64,000 nucleotides of DNA, taken from NCBI GenBank assembly GCA_054600435.1, contig BAAIJX010000071.1:1-64000 (forward strand), written 5' to 3'. Positions 23,969-36,595 of the stretch are shown here, piece by piece; positions within the stretch are counted from its first letter, which is position 1, and each line of letters opens with the position of its first letter. The translations under genes and the position numbers were made by a program. A model generated the notes under the pieces. It saw nothing but the letters and a program-made list of their open reading frames with translations, did not search any database and had not been told where the DNA came from. The stretch comes from Neophaeotheca triangularis (lineage: Eukaryota).

Positions 23969-26045
23969 TTAGTCGACCTCCTCAACAGTCGGGCCGTCGT
24001 CACCGCCCTGGCCTTGCTGGCCACCACCGGGAGCACCGCCGGGCATGCCACCGCCGGGCATACCACCAGGCATGCCACCCTCGCCACCTTGGCCGTAGGC
24101 CTGCATCATGATGGGGTTGGCAACGCTCTCGAGATCCTTCTGCTGGCTCTCGTACTCCTCCTTGGTGGCGGTCTGGTTGTCGTCGATCCACGAGACGGTC
24201 TCGTCGATCTTGGTCTGCAGCTTGCCCTTGTCCTCCTCACCGATCTTGTCGCCAAACTTGGGATCCTGGATGGTGTTCTTGAGGGAGTATGCGTAGGACT
24301 CGAGGCCGTTCTTGGCCTGGATACGGGAGGCCTCGGCCTCGTCCTCCTCCTTGTACTTCTCAGCCTCAGCCAACATGCGCTCAATCTCCTCCTTGGAAAG
24401 ACGGCCCTTGTCGTTGGTGATGACAATCTTGTTGGTCTTGCCGGTGCCCTTCTCAAGGGCAGAGACGTTCATGATACCGTTGGCGTCCAAGTCGAAGGTG
24501 ACCTCAATCTGGGGAACACCACGGGGCGCAGGTGGGATACCGGAAAGCTCGAATTTGCCCATGAGGTTGCTGCGAGTGGGTGAGTCAGTTTGTGTTCCCT
24601 TGAGGTAGGGGAAAAGAAAGGGAAAGTACTTACTTGTCCTTGGTGCGGGCACGCTCACCCTCAAAGACCTGGATGAGCACACCAGGCTGGTTGTCGGAGA
24701 AGGTGGAGAAGGTCTCAGACTTCTTGGTGGGGATGGTGGTGTTGCGCTTGATCAAAGGAGTCATGACACCACCAGCGGTCTCGATACCAAGGGACAAAGG
24801 CGCGACGTCGAGGAGCAAGATCTCGTTGGTAGACTTGCTGGAGGTGTCACCAGACAGGATGGCAGCCTGGACGGCAGCACCGTAGGCGACGGCCTCGTCG
24901 GGGTTGATGGACTTGTTGGCCTCCTTGCCGTTGAAGAAGTCGGAAACCATCTTCTGGATCTTGGGGATACGGGTAGAGCCACCGACCAAGACGATCTCGT
25001 GGACGGAGGACTTGTCGATCTTGGCGTCGCGCAGGGTACGCTCGACGGGCTCCATGGTGGAGCGGAAGAGGTCCTGGCACAGCTCCTCGAAGCGGGCACG
25101 GGTGATGGAGGTGTAGTAGTCAATACCCTCAAAGAGGGAGTCGATTTCGATGGAGGTCTGCGCCGAGGAAGACAAGGTGCGCTTGGCCCGCTCGCATGCG
25201 GTACGCAGACGACGGAGGGCACGGGCGTTGGAAGTGAGGTCCTCTGCGATATCGTTAGCATTGGTACTTTGGTCATTATGAACTGGTGTCTGATCCTTAC
25301 TCTTGTTCTTGCGCTTGAACTCCTGGACGAAGTGGTTGACAAGGCGGTTGTCGAAGTCCTCACCACCCAAATGAGTGTCACCAGCAGTAGACTTGACCTC
25401 GAAGATACCCTCCTCAATGGTGAGCAGGGAAACATCAAAGGTACCACCACCCAAGTCGAAGATGAGCACATTCCTCTCGCCCTCGACCTTCTTGTCCAGG
25501 CCGTAGGCAATGGCAGCGGCGGTGGGCTCGTTGATGATACGAAGGACGTTGAGGCCAGCAATCAGACCGGCATCCTTGGTGGCCTGTCTCTGAGAGTCGT
25601 TGAAGTACGCCGGGACGGTGACGACGGCGTTGTTGACGGTGCCGCCGAGGTAAGACTCAGCAGTCTCCCTCATCTTGGTGAGGATCATGGCAGAGACTTC
25701 CTCAGGGGTGAAGGTCTTCTCCTCGCCCTTGAACTCGACCTGGACGACGGGCTTGCCGGCCTTTTCGATGATCTTGAAGGGGAAGTGCTTCATGTCGGCC
25801 TGGACCTCGTTGTCGGCGAACTTGCGACCGATCAGGCGCTTGGCGTCGAAGACTGTGTTGTTGGGGTTCATGGCGACCTGGTTCTTCGCGGCATCACCAA
25901 TCAGACGCTCAGTGTCGGTGAAGGCGACGAAGGAAGGGGTGGTGCGGTTGCCCTGGTCGTTGGCAATGATCTCGATGCGGTCATCTCTGTAGATACCGAC
26001 ACACGAGTAGGTCGTGCCCAAGTCGATACCAATCGCGGGTGCCAT
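23969..26045 (-). CDS. HSP70: Cytosolic Hsp70 (SSA type); exons 26045-25301, 25243-24634, 24569-23969
   Basis: [36 protein letters not shown] repeats and C-terminal GPTVEEVD; introns 25244-25300 and 24570-24633. Confidence 0.98.
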
Positions 26046-26271
26046 TTTGGAGGAAGGACTCGGTTGTGGTCAAGATGTGGTAGTAGAGTATCGCTGAAAC
26101 TCTGGGGGGTATCACAAAGGAAGTATTAGTGTAAATTGAGAAAGGTTCGTTATTCTCAAAGGGAAGATGGTGTTGTTGGTGTGGAATGTGGAAGGGAGAG
26201 TGAGTATTTGTTGGAGGTGTAGAAACTTTTTATTTGGCCTTGCGAAAAACTGCGTCACTCCATGACCTGCC

Positions 26272-26452
26272 AGAAGCTTCCATCCACGCAGAGTCTTGGC
26301 TTATGATGCACTTTGCCCTACCAGAGCCGCAAACTGGTCCGTGCGCAACTGCCGGAATCTGGTGGACGCTTCGGGAAGGCATGTCGAACTTTCTACCACG
26401 TACCTGACTGTTCTTCAACTTCACTTGGTGAAGAGTTTGATGTCGAATCTTC
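26272..26452. promoter_or_regulatory. Cluster of heat-shock-element-like GAAnnTTC units upstream of HSP70
   Basis: GAAGCTTC (26273), GAACTTTC (26386), GAATCTTC (26445), about 230-410 bp upstream of the Hsp70 ATG. Confidence 0.6.
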
Positions 26453-29400
26453 CAGTACCCGTGGCGTGGCAAGTCGGGAAAAAGAGTCCCTAGTGGTGTG
26501 ATACTGCTACTTTCCAGTGGGAGTAGATGGAAGGTGGTCGGGGAGTAGATGGATAGTGGTATGAGAAGATACAAGGCTGATGTCAGAGTCGAGTCGGTGT
26601 CTCCAGAGCTTTCAAGGTGGGTAGGATAACTTCTTGTAGGTGACAAGGAACCTCGACAGCTCATCAAGACCAACTTATACGGCAAATCCTGCTCTAACAC
26701 TGGCATCTGACGGCTTTCACGAGAGCTCACAAGGATACACGTGTCTTCCATACCGACAGCGTATACTCTAGAGCCCATTATACGATCACAAATGGCCACG
26801 TAAGTAGGGAACAATTGATAACGAGAGCTTCTCTGTTGTGCAACACAGCGCATACACGACGTGGTCATTCGAGCAAAAAACCTCTACTTGCTAGCAATTA
26901 ATTCCATTACTACTCAAAAGTCTCTCCCTACACTCGATTTTTCTGTTCAAAGCAGGCCTTATGCTCTGCCCATCCTCCCACTGTCCACACCGAGTCACAT
27001 CCCCGAGCTCTAAAGCCTCAAAAGCGATCCCTCCCGCACCACACTCCCCAGGACGAAAGCAGCAATCGGCTAAGTTGGAGGGTTAAGAGGTTTTTGCATT
27101 GCAAGCATTGAAGCTTTGCCCGGGTCGCGAGGCAGCCGAATATCATTATCGACTTCTTGTAGATACCGTGGCCGCAGTTTCCACAAGTCATCCGAGGTCA
27201 CAACTAACCGCACTTGAGTTTTCCAGGCTCCATCACCGTCCCGGGCTCCGAGAGCTGGAAAAAAAATGGATCGAGCCTCCATCGCAATCCCCGGGGCAGA
27301 CGTAGTAGTTGGTTAGATGTGAGGGCAAGTGGGTGCCTCACCCCGATGGTCGAAGCATTGCCAGGGGCGCGAGGCGGCCGAAATAATCACTCTGGACTTG
27401 TTTTAGATACCGTGGTCACGAGTGAGTCTACAAGCACCGGAGGTCACAACTATCCGCACCAAGCCTCAGGACTCCGCTGTCCCGGGCTCCGAGGCCTCCA
27501 AAACGCTTCTGTCTGCATCACCCTCCCTACCTAGGCAGGCCAAGTGCGGCAATCAGCCAAATCCAAGAGTTGAGGTCATCACATCCCGATGCGCAAAGCA
27601 CAGCCAGGGACTCGAGACATTAGATCCGTCACTACGCCCCGTGAGCAGATAGCACAGCAAAACCAACCCAGGCATCGCAAAGGTTGCGGTAGCCAAGGAG
27701 ATGCAGCAGCGAAGCCCCCAAACGAGGTAGGTATCCAACACCCAACCCAACACTATGGCCGACGGAAGCATGGACGAAATCACCCAGCCGAGATGCCCAC
27801 TCGAGAGATACTTGCCGGAAAGCAAAAGTCGAAACCCGCGCACTCGATTATTCAGTTCAAGGACAGAGTGGACGGGGCTCGCAAACCACTTGACACCGAT
27901 CCGGCTGCGATCGCCATCACGATCAACGAGGTCCGAGATGGACTCTGTTTATAAGCGCGAAAATCCCAAGCGCGTGCTATAGCAGTCATGTCCCGCACGA
28001 GCGAGCGAACGAGCGAGCGCACACGAGGCATATAGACCCGCACAGCGAGCTCCCTCTCCCTCATGATATCCAGCAACAGCAACAGCAAAACAAGCTCCGA
28101 AGAGCGGTGGAAAACTTTCCACCAACAGTGTTATGTTGCCCGAACACGTTGACAAACGCCTACCCACCGGGCGACTGAAGCAAGACCAAGACGAATACCA
28201 AGAAACGCGCGACGGCGTCCCGCCGGGTAGAACGTTTCAGGCCCTCGGCACCGAGACGTGCAAAACCACCGTACCGACCGTAGCGAAGGCGAAGAATTCG
28301 CAGACCTATCACTCGGTTGTGGCGAAGAAGTCGGGCTAGGCAAGTTGAGGCTGCGAGATGTTTTCGTGGCGATAGGGAGGGGGGGCTATGGATGAGTGCT
28401 TCGGGGGAGGTTTTGGTGGTTGGGAGTGCTTTCGTGATGGGAGTTGCGTGAGGGCCTTGAGGAAGCGATACCTGAGTTATTACCTGGAGCCGCTTGAGGG
28501 GGATGAATGAGACGATTGGCTGGTTTTGAATGACGTGGTGCGGGTTTAGTTGCCTCGTGAGGTGGTCGCTGTTTTTTTGCTTTGGCGATGGCGTGAAGAT
28601 GGCGCTGAGATTTGGGCGAGTTGTCCTTTTGGTAGATGTGGCTTGGCATGACAGCCTGGGATCTTTGGTTTCGGGTGAGGCTTTGGAAGACGCGGGTATA
28701 GCTGGAAGACGCTCGATTGCTTGTTTTAGGCTGTCTGAGCGACCGAAAAGTGCTGGTTGCCGGTAGCTTTGGCGGATTGATGGATCGTGAAAGACAACCA
28801 TCGCCTTGCCAGAAGAGATGCTCGTGAAGCACCTTTGACGGGTACGGCAAACTGCTTAAAGCGCGCTCTCAGTGACAAGACCACCCTCGAAGCAAAAAAA
28901 AAAAAAAAAAGAAAGAAGCCTCGCACCTGCCGTCCCCAGTCTTCATACACAGCTGTCTGGTCTAAGGTACGTGTGCGATCTCTGCCTTTTACTCGTTACC
29001 ATATATCCATGTAAACAACGAGAAGGTTCAGGCCCTGGGGGTTGATTCGGGTTTGAAACGTTGTACTCAAACTCCAACCCTGACGATGCGACGCTACCTT
29101 ACGCTTCAGCAACCGCATGCCGTCCTCTAGTCGGATCGACACTATACACTGCGTGTTTTCGAGCGTGACTACAGCTTGTTTGCACATGATGCTATGCCAC
29201 CTCTCTCTGGCAATAATGTAGGTAGGTACTGCATGAATGTGGCGATTAGTTTTGAGAAAACCCGCCCAAACCCGAGCTCTGAAGTTGGGGGGGTCGTGGG
29301 GAACTGCTGCCGTTTCGGAAAGCCGTGGGCCGACTTGGGAAGATGATTATTATTGCCAAGATGTCTCACGGCGAGTGGCGGCTTCTGACTCGCCAGAGAG

Positions 29401-30184
29401 CGACTCGGAACTTGACGTCGACTGAACACTCGACTCCGCGCCAAGGAAAAACCACGGTGGATTCTCACTAGTATAGTTAAGGTGGGCGTAAGTCATTCAA
29501 CCTAGTAGGTATTGGTAGGACTGTGGAGGAGAAGGCACTGTAGTCGAGTTTAGAAGAGGCCATGGGAAAGCGGTCAGTAGTAGTTTTGTCGTTGGAGTTG
29601 GATCAACACCTACCAAGAACAATCACAAGGAAGGTCGCCCGATCAGACAGAACTAGTGCTCGTACTACTTACCTTACCTCTACTCTCTCAAAGGTAGGTA
29701 GGTAGAGCGTGAATATTTCTCCCTCGTTCATGGGCCATGACGGCGCCCAGCCGAGTAGTGAAGGTCCCATCCACTCCCAGACACGCAATAAAATAAGATT
29801 AATGCATGCTTTGTTGCTCTCCACGGGGCTTGCATGCTCTCCATTTGACTTTGACTCCACTCTGGAGTTTAGTGAGTTTAGTTACCCCCGGAGGCACAAC
29901 GACAACGTGCACGTGGTTAGTACTAAGTGTTGACGTTTTACTGCTTGGGGATGCCAATTGGCGTGGGAGGCTGCGTTAGTGGTCTCGTGGTGTGGTTGTC
30001 GTGGTCAAGCTTCTAATGGACTACCGCGTAAATCGGTTTCCTGTGTCCCGACGGTATATACGTATCTTAGGTAGAGACTCGAGAGGATATATAACTTCAC
30101 GTCTCCCACCCGACAGGTGACGACCCCCTCCCCTCCCCTCCCCTCCTACCATCTCTCCAAACTCATCCCTACACCCTCGCCATC

Positions 30185-31959
30185 ATGTTCGGCGTCAATC
30201 TCCGTGGCAAGGCCCTCATGGCCATGATCCTGCTCGTCTCCGGCTTTGACTTTCTCGAGTTCGGCTACGATCAAGGTCTTTTCGGCGGCATCTTGCCCGG
30301 CGAGCGCTTCCAGAATATGCTGGGAAACCCCAATGCCACCATGGAAGGACTTGTCTCGGCCATCTACTGCATCGGATGCGCTCTCGGAGCCGTCGTCTCC
30401 TTCATCTGGGGCGAGAGATTGGGTCGCGTGGGCAGCATCATCTGGGCCAACGTTATCGGTAAGATGGTCCAAAAGGAGATTTGGTCGTTCGTCATGGAGG
30501 CGGATGGATGAATGCTAATGGACGGAATCGGCTAGTCATCATCGGCGCCATCATCCAAACGGCTTGCTACAACTACTGGCAAATGTTCGCCTCTCGCATT
30601 TTCGCCGGTGTCGGTGTCGGTCTTTCCACCGTCGCCGTGCCCATTCTTCAAAGCGAGACACTTCCCGCCTATAATCGTGGTGCCATGCTTGTCATTCAAA
30701 GCTTCTTGATCAACGCCGGTGTAGCCACAGCCTCTTGGATCGCTCTCGGCTGTCTTTATGCCGACAGCTCTCTCCAATGGCGTTTCCCAATCGCCGTGCA
30801 GATCCTGTTCTCTGGCCTGGTACTCTTGCTCTGCTTCTTCATCCCCGAAACCCCTAGATGGCTCGTCAGCCAAAACCGCAACGCCGAAGCCCGCACTGTG
30901 CTAGCACGACTGGCGGATCGCGAGGAAGACGACCAGATGATTGATGGCCAGTTGCAGGAGATTCTCGAGAACCTCGAGGTCACCGCCAAAACCGAGTCGA
31001 GCTGGTCCGACACCTTCCGCAACAAGACACCGGCGCGCAACTTGCAGCGTGTGCTTCTTGGAATGGGACCTTTTATGATGAACCAATGGTCCGGCATCAA
31101 CTCAATCACCTACTACCTAACCTACACCCTGCAGAATTATTTGAACTTTGACCGAAACATGGCTCTAATTCTGGCCTCTGTCGCTTTCACCCAATACGCC
31201 ATCCTATCCTTCCCACCTTACTGGTTCATCGACAGAATTGGACGCCGCTGGACCATCATCCTCTCCAGCGCCGGATGCGCCCTCTGTATGGCTATAGTCG
31301 CAGGAACGCTCATCGACGTCGGCAGTGCCGCCAACTCTGCCGCCGCAGTCGGTAAGAACCGCTCAATAACCAGCACCAACCACGCCACGCTCCAAAACTA
31401 ACTACCCCCCCTTTCCAGCCTTCATGTTCATCTTCCAAGACTCCTTCGCCCTGGGCATCCTGCCAGTCTCCTGGAGCTACAGCTCCGAGATCCAGCCCCT
31501 CCCGACCCGCAACAAAGCCACCTCCGTCGGCGTAGCATCACACTGGCTGTCCAACTTCGGTAAACCCCCCCCCCCCCTTCCAACCCCCATCACCCACTAA
31601 ACCCCCCCTCTAACCTCCCACCTCTCCCAGTCGTCGTAATGGTCACTCCAATCGGTCTAGACAGCATCGGCGGCCACTACTACTGGATCTGGGCCTGCGT
31701 GAACGCGTCCTTCGTGCCACTCGTCTATTTCTTCGGCGTCGAGACGGCGGGCCGCTCGCTGGAAATGGTCGACGGCATGTTCATCGACGAGCCCAGGGTG
31801 TTGATGGGGCTGAACCCCAACCACCGCAGGGTTTTGCGGGGGAGCAAGGGAGACGAGGAGGCCAGGCTGAGGCGCAGTAGTGTGCATAGTGTTGGGCGCG
31901 AGAAGGAGGGCAAGGGGCGGAGTGAGGATGGGGGGGCTTTTGGGGTCGAGAGGGCTTGA
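30185..31959 (+). CDS. MFS sugar porter family transporter (Stl1-like); exons 30185-30458, 30536-31351, 31419-31559, 31631-31959
   Basis: FGYDQG, GERLGR, PETPRWL, NQWSGIN, DRIGRR, ETAGRSLE motifs; three GT..AG introns restore the frame. Confidence 0.92.
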
Positions 31960-32196
31960 GGATGGAGTCGTCAATTTTTGCGCCCTGAGAGATTTCGTAT
32001 CTTTATACGTACGGTTCTGTCAACTCCACCAACTACTCTCGTGTTATGACAGCCACTCCCTTCTACAGACTACTGATACCAGTACCTCTCGAACTGGCTA
32101 CCAAAAACGGACTAGGTGCTTGCGAAGAGAAAGGACTAGGCCACGCCACAAGCAAGTCGTCTATAGACTATAGTCCACGCCCAGCCCGCCCCGCCT

Positions 32197-32760
32197 CTAC
32201 CGGATAACAACCCACCCGCTATCCAACAACCCCGACCGCTGCCCGCTATCCAACCACCCCGACCGCGGCCCGCTATCCAACCACCCCAACCGCGACCCCC
32301 AGCCATAACCCCCCCACCGCAACTCCCACTCCAACCGCGCTCGCAATACCACGTCCCAGGGCGCCGCTGACGCGTCGAGGAAGTCGTTGCGGTTTTGGCA
32401 GCTGGGGTCGTGGTCGTGGTTGTAGTCGTAGCCGTAGCCGTAGCCGTAGTCGTAGTCGTAGCCGTAGTCGCGGTCGTAGCCGTAGTCGTAGCCGTAGCCG
32501 TAGTCGTAGTCGTAGTCGTAGTCGTAGTTGTAGTCGTAGTCGTAGCCGTAGTCGTAGCCGTAGCCGTAGTCGCGGCCTAAGTACCAGCCGGCCAAGTGCC
32601 GGAAAAGGGGGTTTTGGCGCTGCTGGAGCCAGAGGAGGCCGCCGTGGTGCGCGGTCGTGGGTCCGAGATAGGGCAGGGTGGTGTTGAAGAGGTGTTGGCG
32701 GCGCGAGGCGGGGTTGTGGGGATTGGGGTGGCCGTAGGGGGGTGGGGGGATTAGGGCCAT
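32197..32760 (-). CDS. Orphan low-complexity protein with (Tyr-Asp/Gly)n tract and 9-aa GWLDSG repeats
   Basis: ATG 32760 opens a 187-aa ORF; no recognisable domain. Confidence 0.35.
   Translation of the reverse strand: MALIPPPPYGHPNPHNPASRRQHLFNTTLPYLGPTTAHHGGLLWLQQRQNPLFRHLAGWYLGRDYGYGYDYGYDYDYNYDYDYDYDYGYGYDYGYDRDYGYDYDYGYGYGYDYNHDHDPSCQNRNDFLDASAAPWDVVLRARLEWELRWGGYGWGSRLGWLDSGPRSGWLDSGQRSGLLDSGWVVIR
32215..32295. repeat. About 3 x 27-bp minisatellite
   Basis: cccgctatccaacMaccccRaccgc units at 32215, 32242 and 32269. Confidence 0.9.
32422..32571. repeat. Compound hexamer repeat (GTAGTC/GTAGCC)n, about 25 units
   Basis: Read directly from the sequence. Confidence 0.95.
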
Positions 32761-32960
32761 GGCTGGGTTGCTGGCTGGGTTGCTGGCTTGCTGGGTGGGT
32801 TCCGGGAGGTTTTGGGTGGTGGGTGATTTGGGGCTGGGGTCGTTGGTCTGGTGGGTGGAGCCCCGGGTGGTGAGGGTATAGGGCGGGCTTCGCGGTGTTT
32901 TACTTGTGTGGGAGGTTTGATGCGCTTTGCGTTTGGAGGGAGGAGAGCGATATGCTGCAG

Positions 32961-32964
<4 letters not shown>

Positions 32965-33006
<42 letters not shown>
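32965..33006. repeat. (TC)21 microsatellite
   Basis: Read directly from the sequence. Confidence 0.97.
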
Positions 33007-33009
<3 letters not shown>

Positions 33010-33465
33010 ATCAGAGAAGACGAGCACAATGTAGGCAAGGGAAAATTTGGGCAAGCAAAAGCCGTAGACCAACTTATCTACCCAGTTTCGGGCATGGACT
33101 ATGTTGTTTTATCCCCCACCGCACCCGGTACGACCGGTTCAGCCGATCCAAGCGAAAAGACCCGTCGGGCAGGCACTTGCTTGCATGCATGCGCTATCGC
33201 GAGGCATGAACGTTGCACAGAAACTCGTCAGCTGCTGGACTAGCCAGGGTGAAGACGCGTGAGAAGCTGACGGGACGAGGGAATGTTTGCTACATACTCC
33301 CGTTTCACCACATCGATGCCCGAAGCCGAACTACTGTACACAGCCCAGATTGGCTTGGCTTGCCGAAGGGGTTCAGTCTACTCCAAACTCTTCCTTCTAT
33401 ACACAGTGCTCTTAATTCGTGCCGAGCCCCTTCAACGGCCAACGCACGCCCCCCTCCCCATCATC

Positions 33466-36229
33466 TCACAAATCCTCCTCGTCATCATTCAACCCCACCA
33501 ACCTCCTCTCCCCGAGTGCCAGAACCTTCTCCCCAAGCACCTGCAATTTATACCTCTGCGCAACTTTCCCACAAGCCTCGAGCATCTTGCCAGTGCGGTC
33601 GCGCATTAGACTTGCAATCTCCAAAGCCTTCATACCGCGCTCTTCGCCACCTTCACCGCACTCATGAGCGAAAAGCTGAAGCAGCACTTTATCCACTTCA
33701 CGCTCCAGCTGCGGCAATTCGGCCTTTTGCGCCGACGTGGCGTTGGTGTGTTCGAGCCGGTCGGAGAGGAGAGAGAGTTGGGTATTGAGGAGGACGTGTT
33801 TTTGCTCGAGGTCGCGTTGTTGGGAGGAAGAAGAGTTCTCGATTTCGAAATCGTCGTCGTCGTCTTTGGAATTGGGGTTGGAGATGGGAATGTTGAAGTC
33901 GAAGTCTGTGAGTAGCGGGCGTGGGAAGTAGGGGTATTCTTCGCCGCCTTTCAGGATGATGCAGTGAAATTTGTCTTCTGCCACGGCTACGGGCCAGTAG
34001 GTTTCGTCTTTTTTACCGCTTGCGAGGCGCGCAAGGTTGCGGGTGTCGAGAAGAGGTATCCATTGCGCTTGGCCTGGTGTGCGCCAGTGGGTGAGAATGA
34101 GGAGGACACCTTCAGAGTCGTAGATACAGGGATCACCGCTGTCGCTGAAGAATACGGAGCGGAGTTCGCTGTCGGGGCCGGAGGGGAGGGGGAGGATGTC
34201 TTCAGACTGGCAGGTTTCGTCGCGCTTGTGGTTTTCGATGCTGTATAAGAGGCGCGTTTTACCATCGCCACCGACAGGACCGTTACCCACCGTGAGTACG
34301 TAGTCGCGCCAGCTGGTGCAGGTGACTGCGGGTGTGGACTTTTGACGGTAGACTTTTAGGGGTAGGCCGAATAAGCTGTAAACTCGCACATAGCCGGCAG
34401 ACGTTGTGGCGACGATGCTAGTGCTGCTGAGGGAGATTGCTGTCACTTTCTCACCTCGAGGGAGCTCCACACGCCAGTCCGGCCGCGCAGTCCACGTCTC
34501 GTGCGGCCGATAGTAGAGCAGTGCTGGATATCGTGTTGACGGTGGACAAGAGAAAAGGGCGCCTTTGTCGTTGAGGCAGGCTTTGTCGTAGAGATAAGGG
34601 TCCGTGAAATGGAAGTCTCGGTGAGCATAGCGGTCGTAGAATTCCACGGTGACAGTATGGTGTGCTTCTTGGTCAACAGTCCATACGAATCCAGTCAAAT
34701 TCAGACAAAGATAGCGACGATTTCCTTTCCAAGGTGTACTACCGGGCTGAAACGATTCGTGGATCTGAGGCTGCCACACAGCTTGCGGTGCATGGCGTTT
34801 GGGAGCTGGCCCTCGGACACCGTTTGCTGGCCGTTTGCCGGAATCGTTCAATTCTTCAGCGTAGCCTGCTCCATCGTCGTCTTCGATAAAAGCGCCGCCA
34901 TCTTCGGAAATTGCGTCGTCAAGAATGTCGTCAATGTCGGGTTCTTCTCTGGACGTTCGCACACCGAAGCCATCTCCATTTGCGCCGTTCGTCTGCAATC
35001 CCCGTTGCGCACCTCCAGAGGTCTCTTCGTTATTGAACGGTGCAGGCTGTAGTTCCATGCGTAGTAGCTTCTTCAAGGCATCGGGGACGAAGTCTTCGCG
35101 AATGAACAATTCGCCATTGTTATTTGTGTAAGATAGGACATTGTCTTTTGGATGCCATTGCATCTCGAGGGTGACATTTTGTACATCATCGTGCCTTGCA
35201 TTCGTTAGTCTTGTGTCTCAGCCGACTTGTATATGTGTTGCGTACCTCTTCAAGACCTTCTGAGATCTTGCATCCCACAACGTCAAGCTCCGGTCAGCGC
35301 CTGCGGTGACAAGAAAAGCACCATTGGGTGACCACGCTGCGGCCGTGATATCCCCGCTATGACCTGACTTGAAAGCCTTTTGGAATGACCAATCGCTACG
35401 CGCCACAACTTGAAAGTCTGGTGCCGGTCGTTAGCACTAGGCCCATCACAAGCAGTACAGAAAGTAACTTGCCTCTAGTAGCTGTCGGTGCAGCAAAAGC
35501 TCTGCCATCCGGGTGCCAATACACAGCAGCACTGCTCTCAGAATCGCTCTCCATCGTCTTGACAAGCCCATCGACCCTCTTCAGGAGCTGCGGCTGCTCG
35601 GAACTGATCGAATACACATATACGACCCCATCCGTGCAAGAGACCGCAAGCGTCGTACCTCCGACATCCCAAGACACATGCTTAGCCGGTCTTGGCTGGT
35701 CTCTGAGATAGAATACCCTCGTCATATCCATCGTATTGACGATCCGAACCTCCAGATCACTATTCCACACATTAGCATCATCCCACGACCTGTCTGTCTC
35801 TTCAACCCCTGCTCGCCCAAGGGTCAACCTACTCGCTAGCGACAGCCGCCCACATGCCATCCGGACTCAAAGCAATATCCCTGACCGGCATCGAGCACCT
35901 GAGCAATATCTCCTCCATCTCCCTCGTGAGGAGCGAGTATTTCGTGACGCTTCCATCTTCAGCACCAATGAGGCAGAAATCGTTGCCAGCGGCTACGGCG
36001 AAGTGGTTTTCCGTCGTTACATCAATGATTGCGGGTTCATCATCGCTGTCGTGCTCGAAGATGCGGACGGCGCCGTTCAGACCGGCGGTGATCAGTTTCT
36101 TGCCATTTGGGGTATAGCTGAGGTAGGTTGGGCCGGGAGCGTCTGTGGGAGCTATGTCAGAAGGCACATCTTAGATCACGGTTTGGAGATATTCTCACGA
36201 GCTGGTCTTCCTCTCAATTTCGTTGCCAT
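33466..36229 (-). CDS. CTF4: Replisome hub Ctf4/Mcl1/SepB (WD40 + SepB domain); exons 36229-36199, 36142-35833, 35759-35473, 35417-35246, 35194-33466
   Basis: N-terminal WD40 repeats; FQPGSTPW..RRYLCLN..G.VW, VTVEFYD, YWPVAV, YPYFPRP motifs; four introns (one GC-AG) give a continuous frame starting MATKLRGRPAHAPG. Confidence 0.92.
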
Positions 36230-36303
36230 TACGAACTCTTGTATTCGTGGGGGAAGTTATCGATTCTCCTCGAGCATTGATCCAGCGCATGGAGTTTCAA
36301 GAA

Positions 36304-36326
36304 ACGCGTCGCGTCAAGTCGCGCGT
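36304..36326. promoter_or_regulatory. MCB-like (ACGCGT/CGCG) cluster in the CTF4/CHZ1 divergent promoter
   Basis: ACGCGTCGCGTCAAGTCGCGCGT about 75-100 bp upstream of the CTF4 ATG. Confidence 0.55.
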
Positions 36327-36595
36327 CCGAGCACTTCCGATAATTATCCGTCTGACTTCTTCGCGCCTGCCATTCTAGAACTTCCCTTTGAAACCTCACC
36401 TACCTGACAAACATTCGACAACCTACACAACGCTCACCAAAATCTCCAAAAGTAAGTCGCCTACTCTTCGCGACCATTACTATAACTACGTGCTAGAACT
36501 AACGCTTCCGCGCACCAAGCTCAGACATCTCACAACAACAACCAAACAAACACCCAATACCAACCCAGTCGCAAACCCCCACAAACACCTTCACC

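Noticed and set aside
23960..26129. Antisense ORFs (207 and 376 aa) over HSP70
   Set aside because: Well-known by-product of Hsp70 codon bias; no independent evidence
32422..32571. Repeat array considered as CRISPR-like or Rhs YD repeats
   Set aside because: No spacers and a eukaryotic context; simple dipeptide repeat without Rhs YD-repeat spacing
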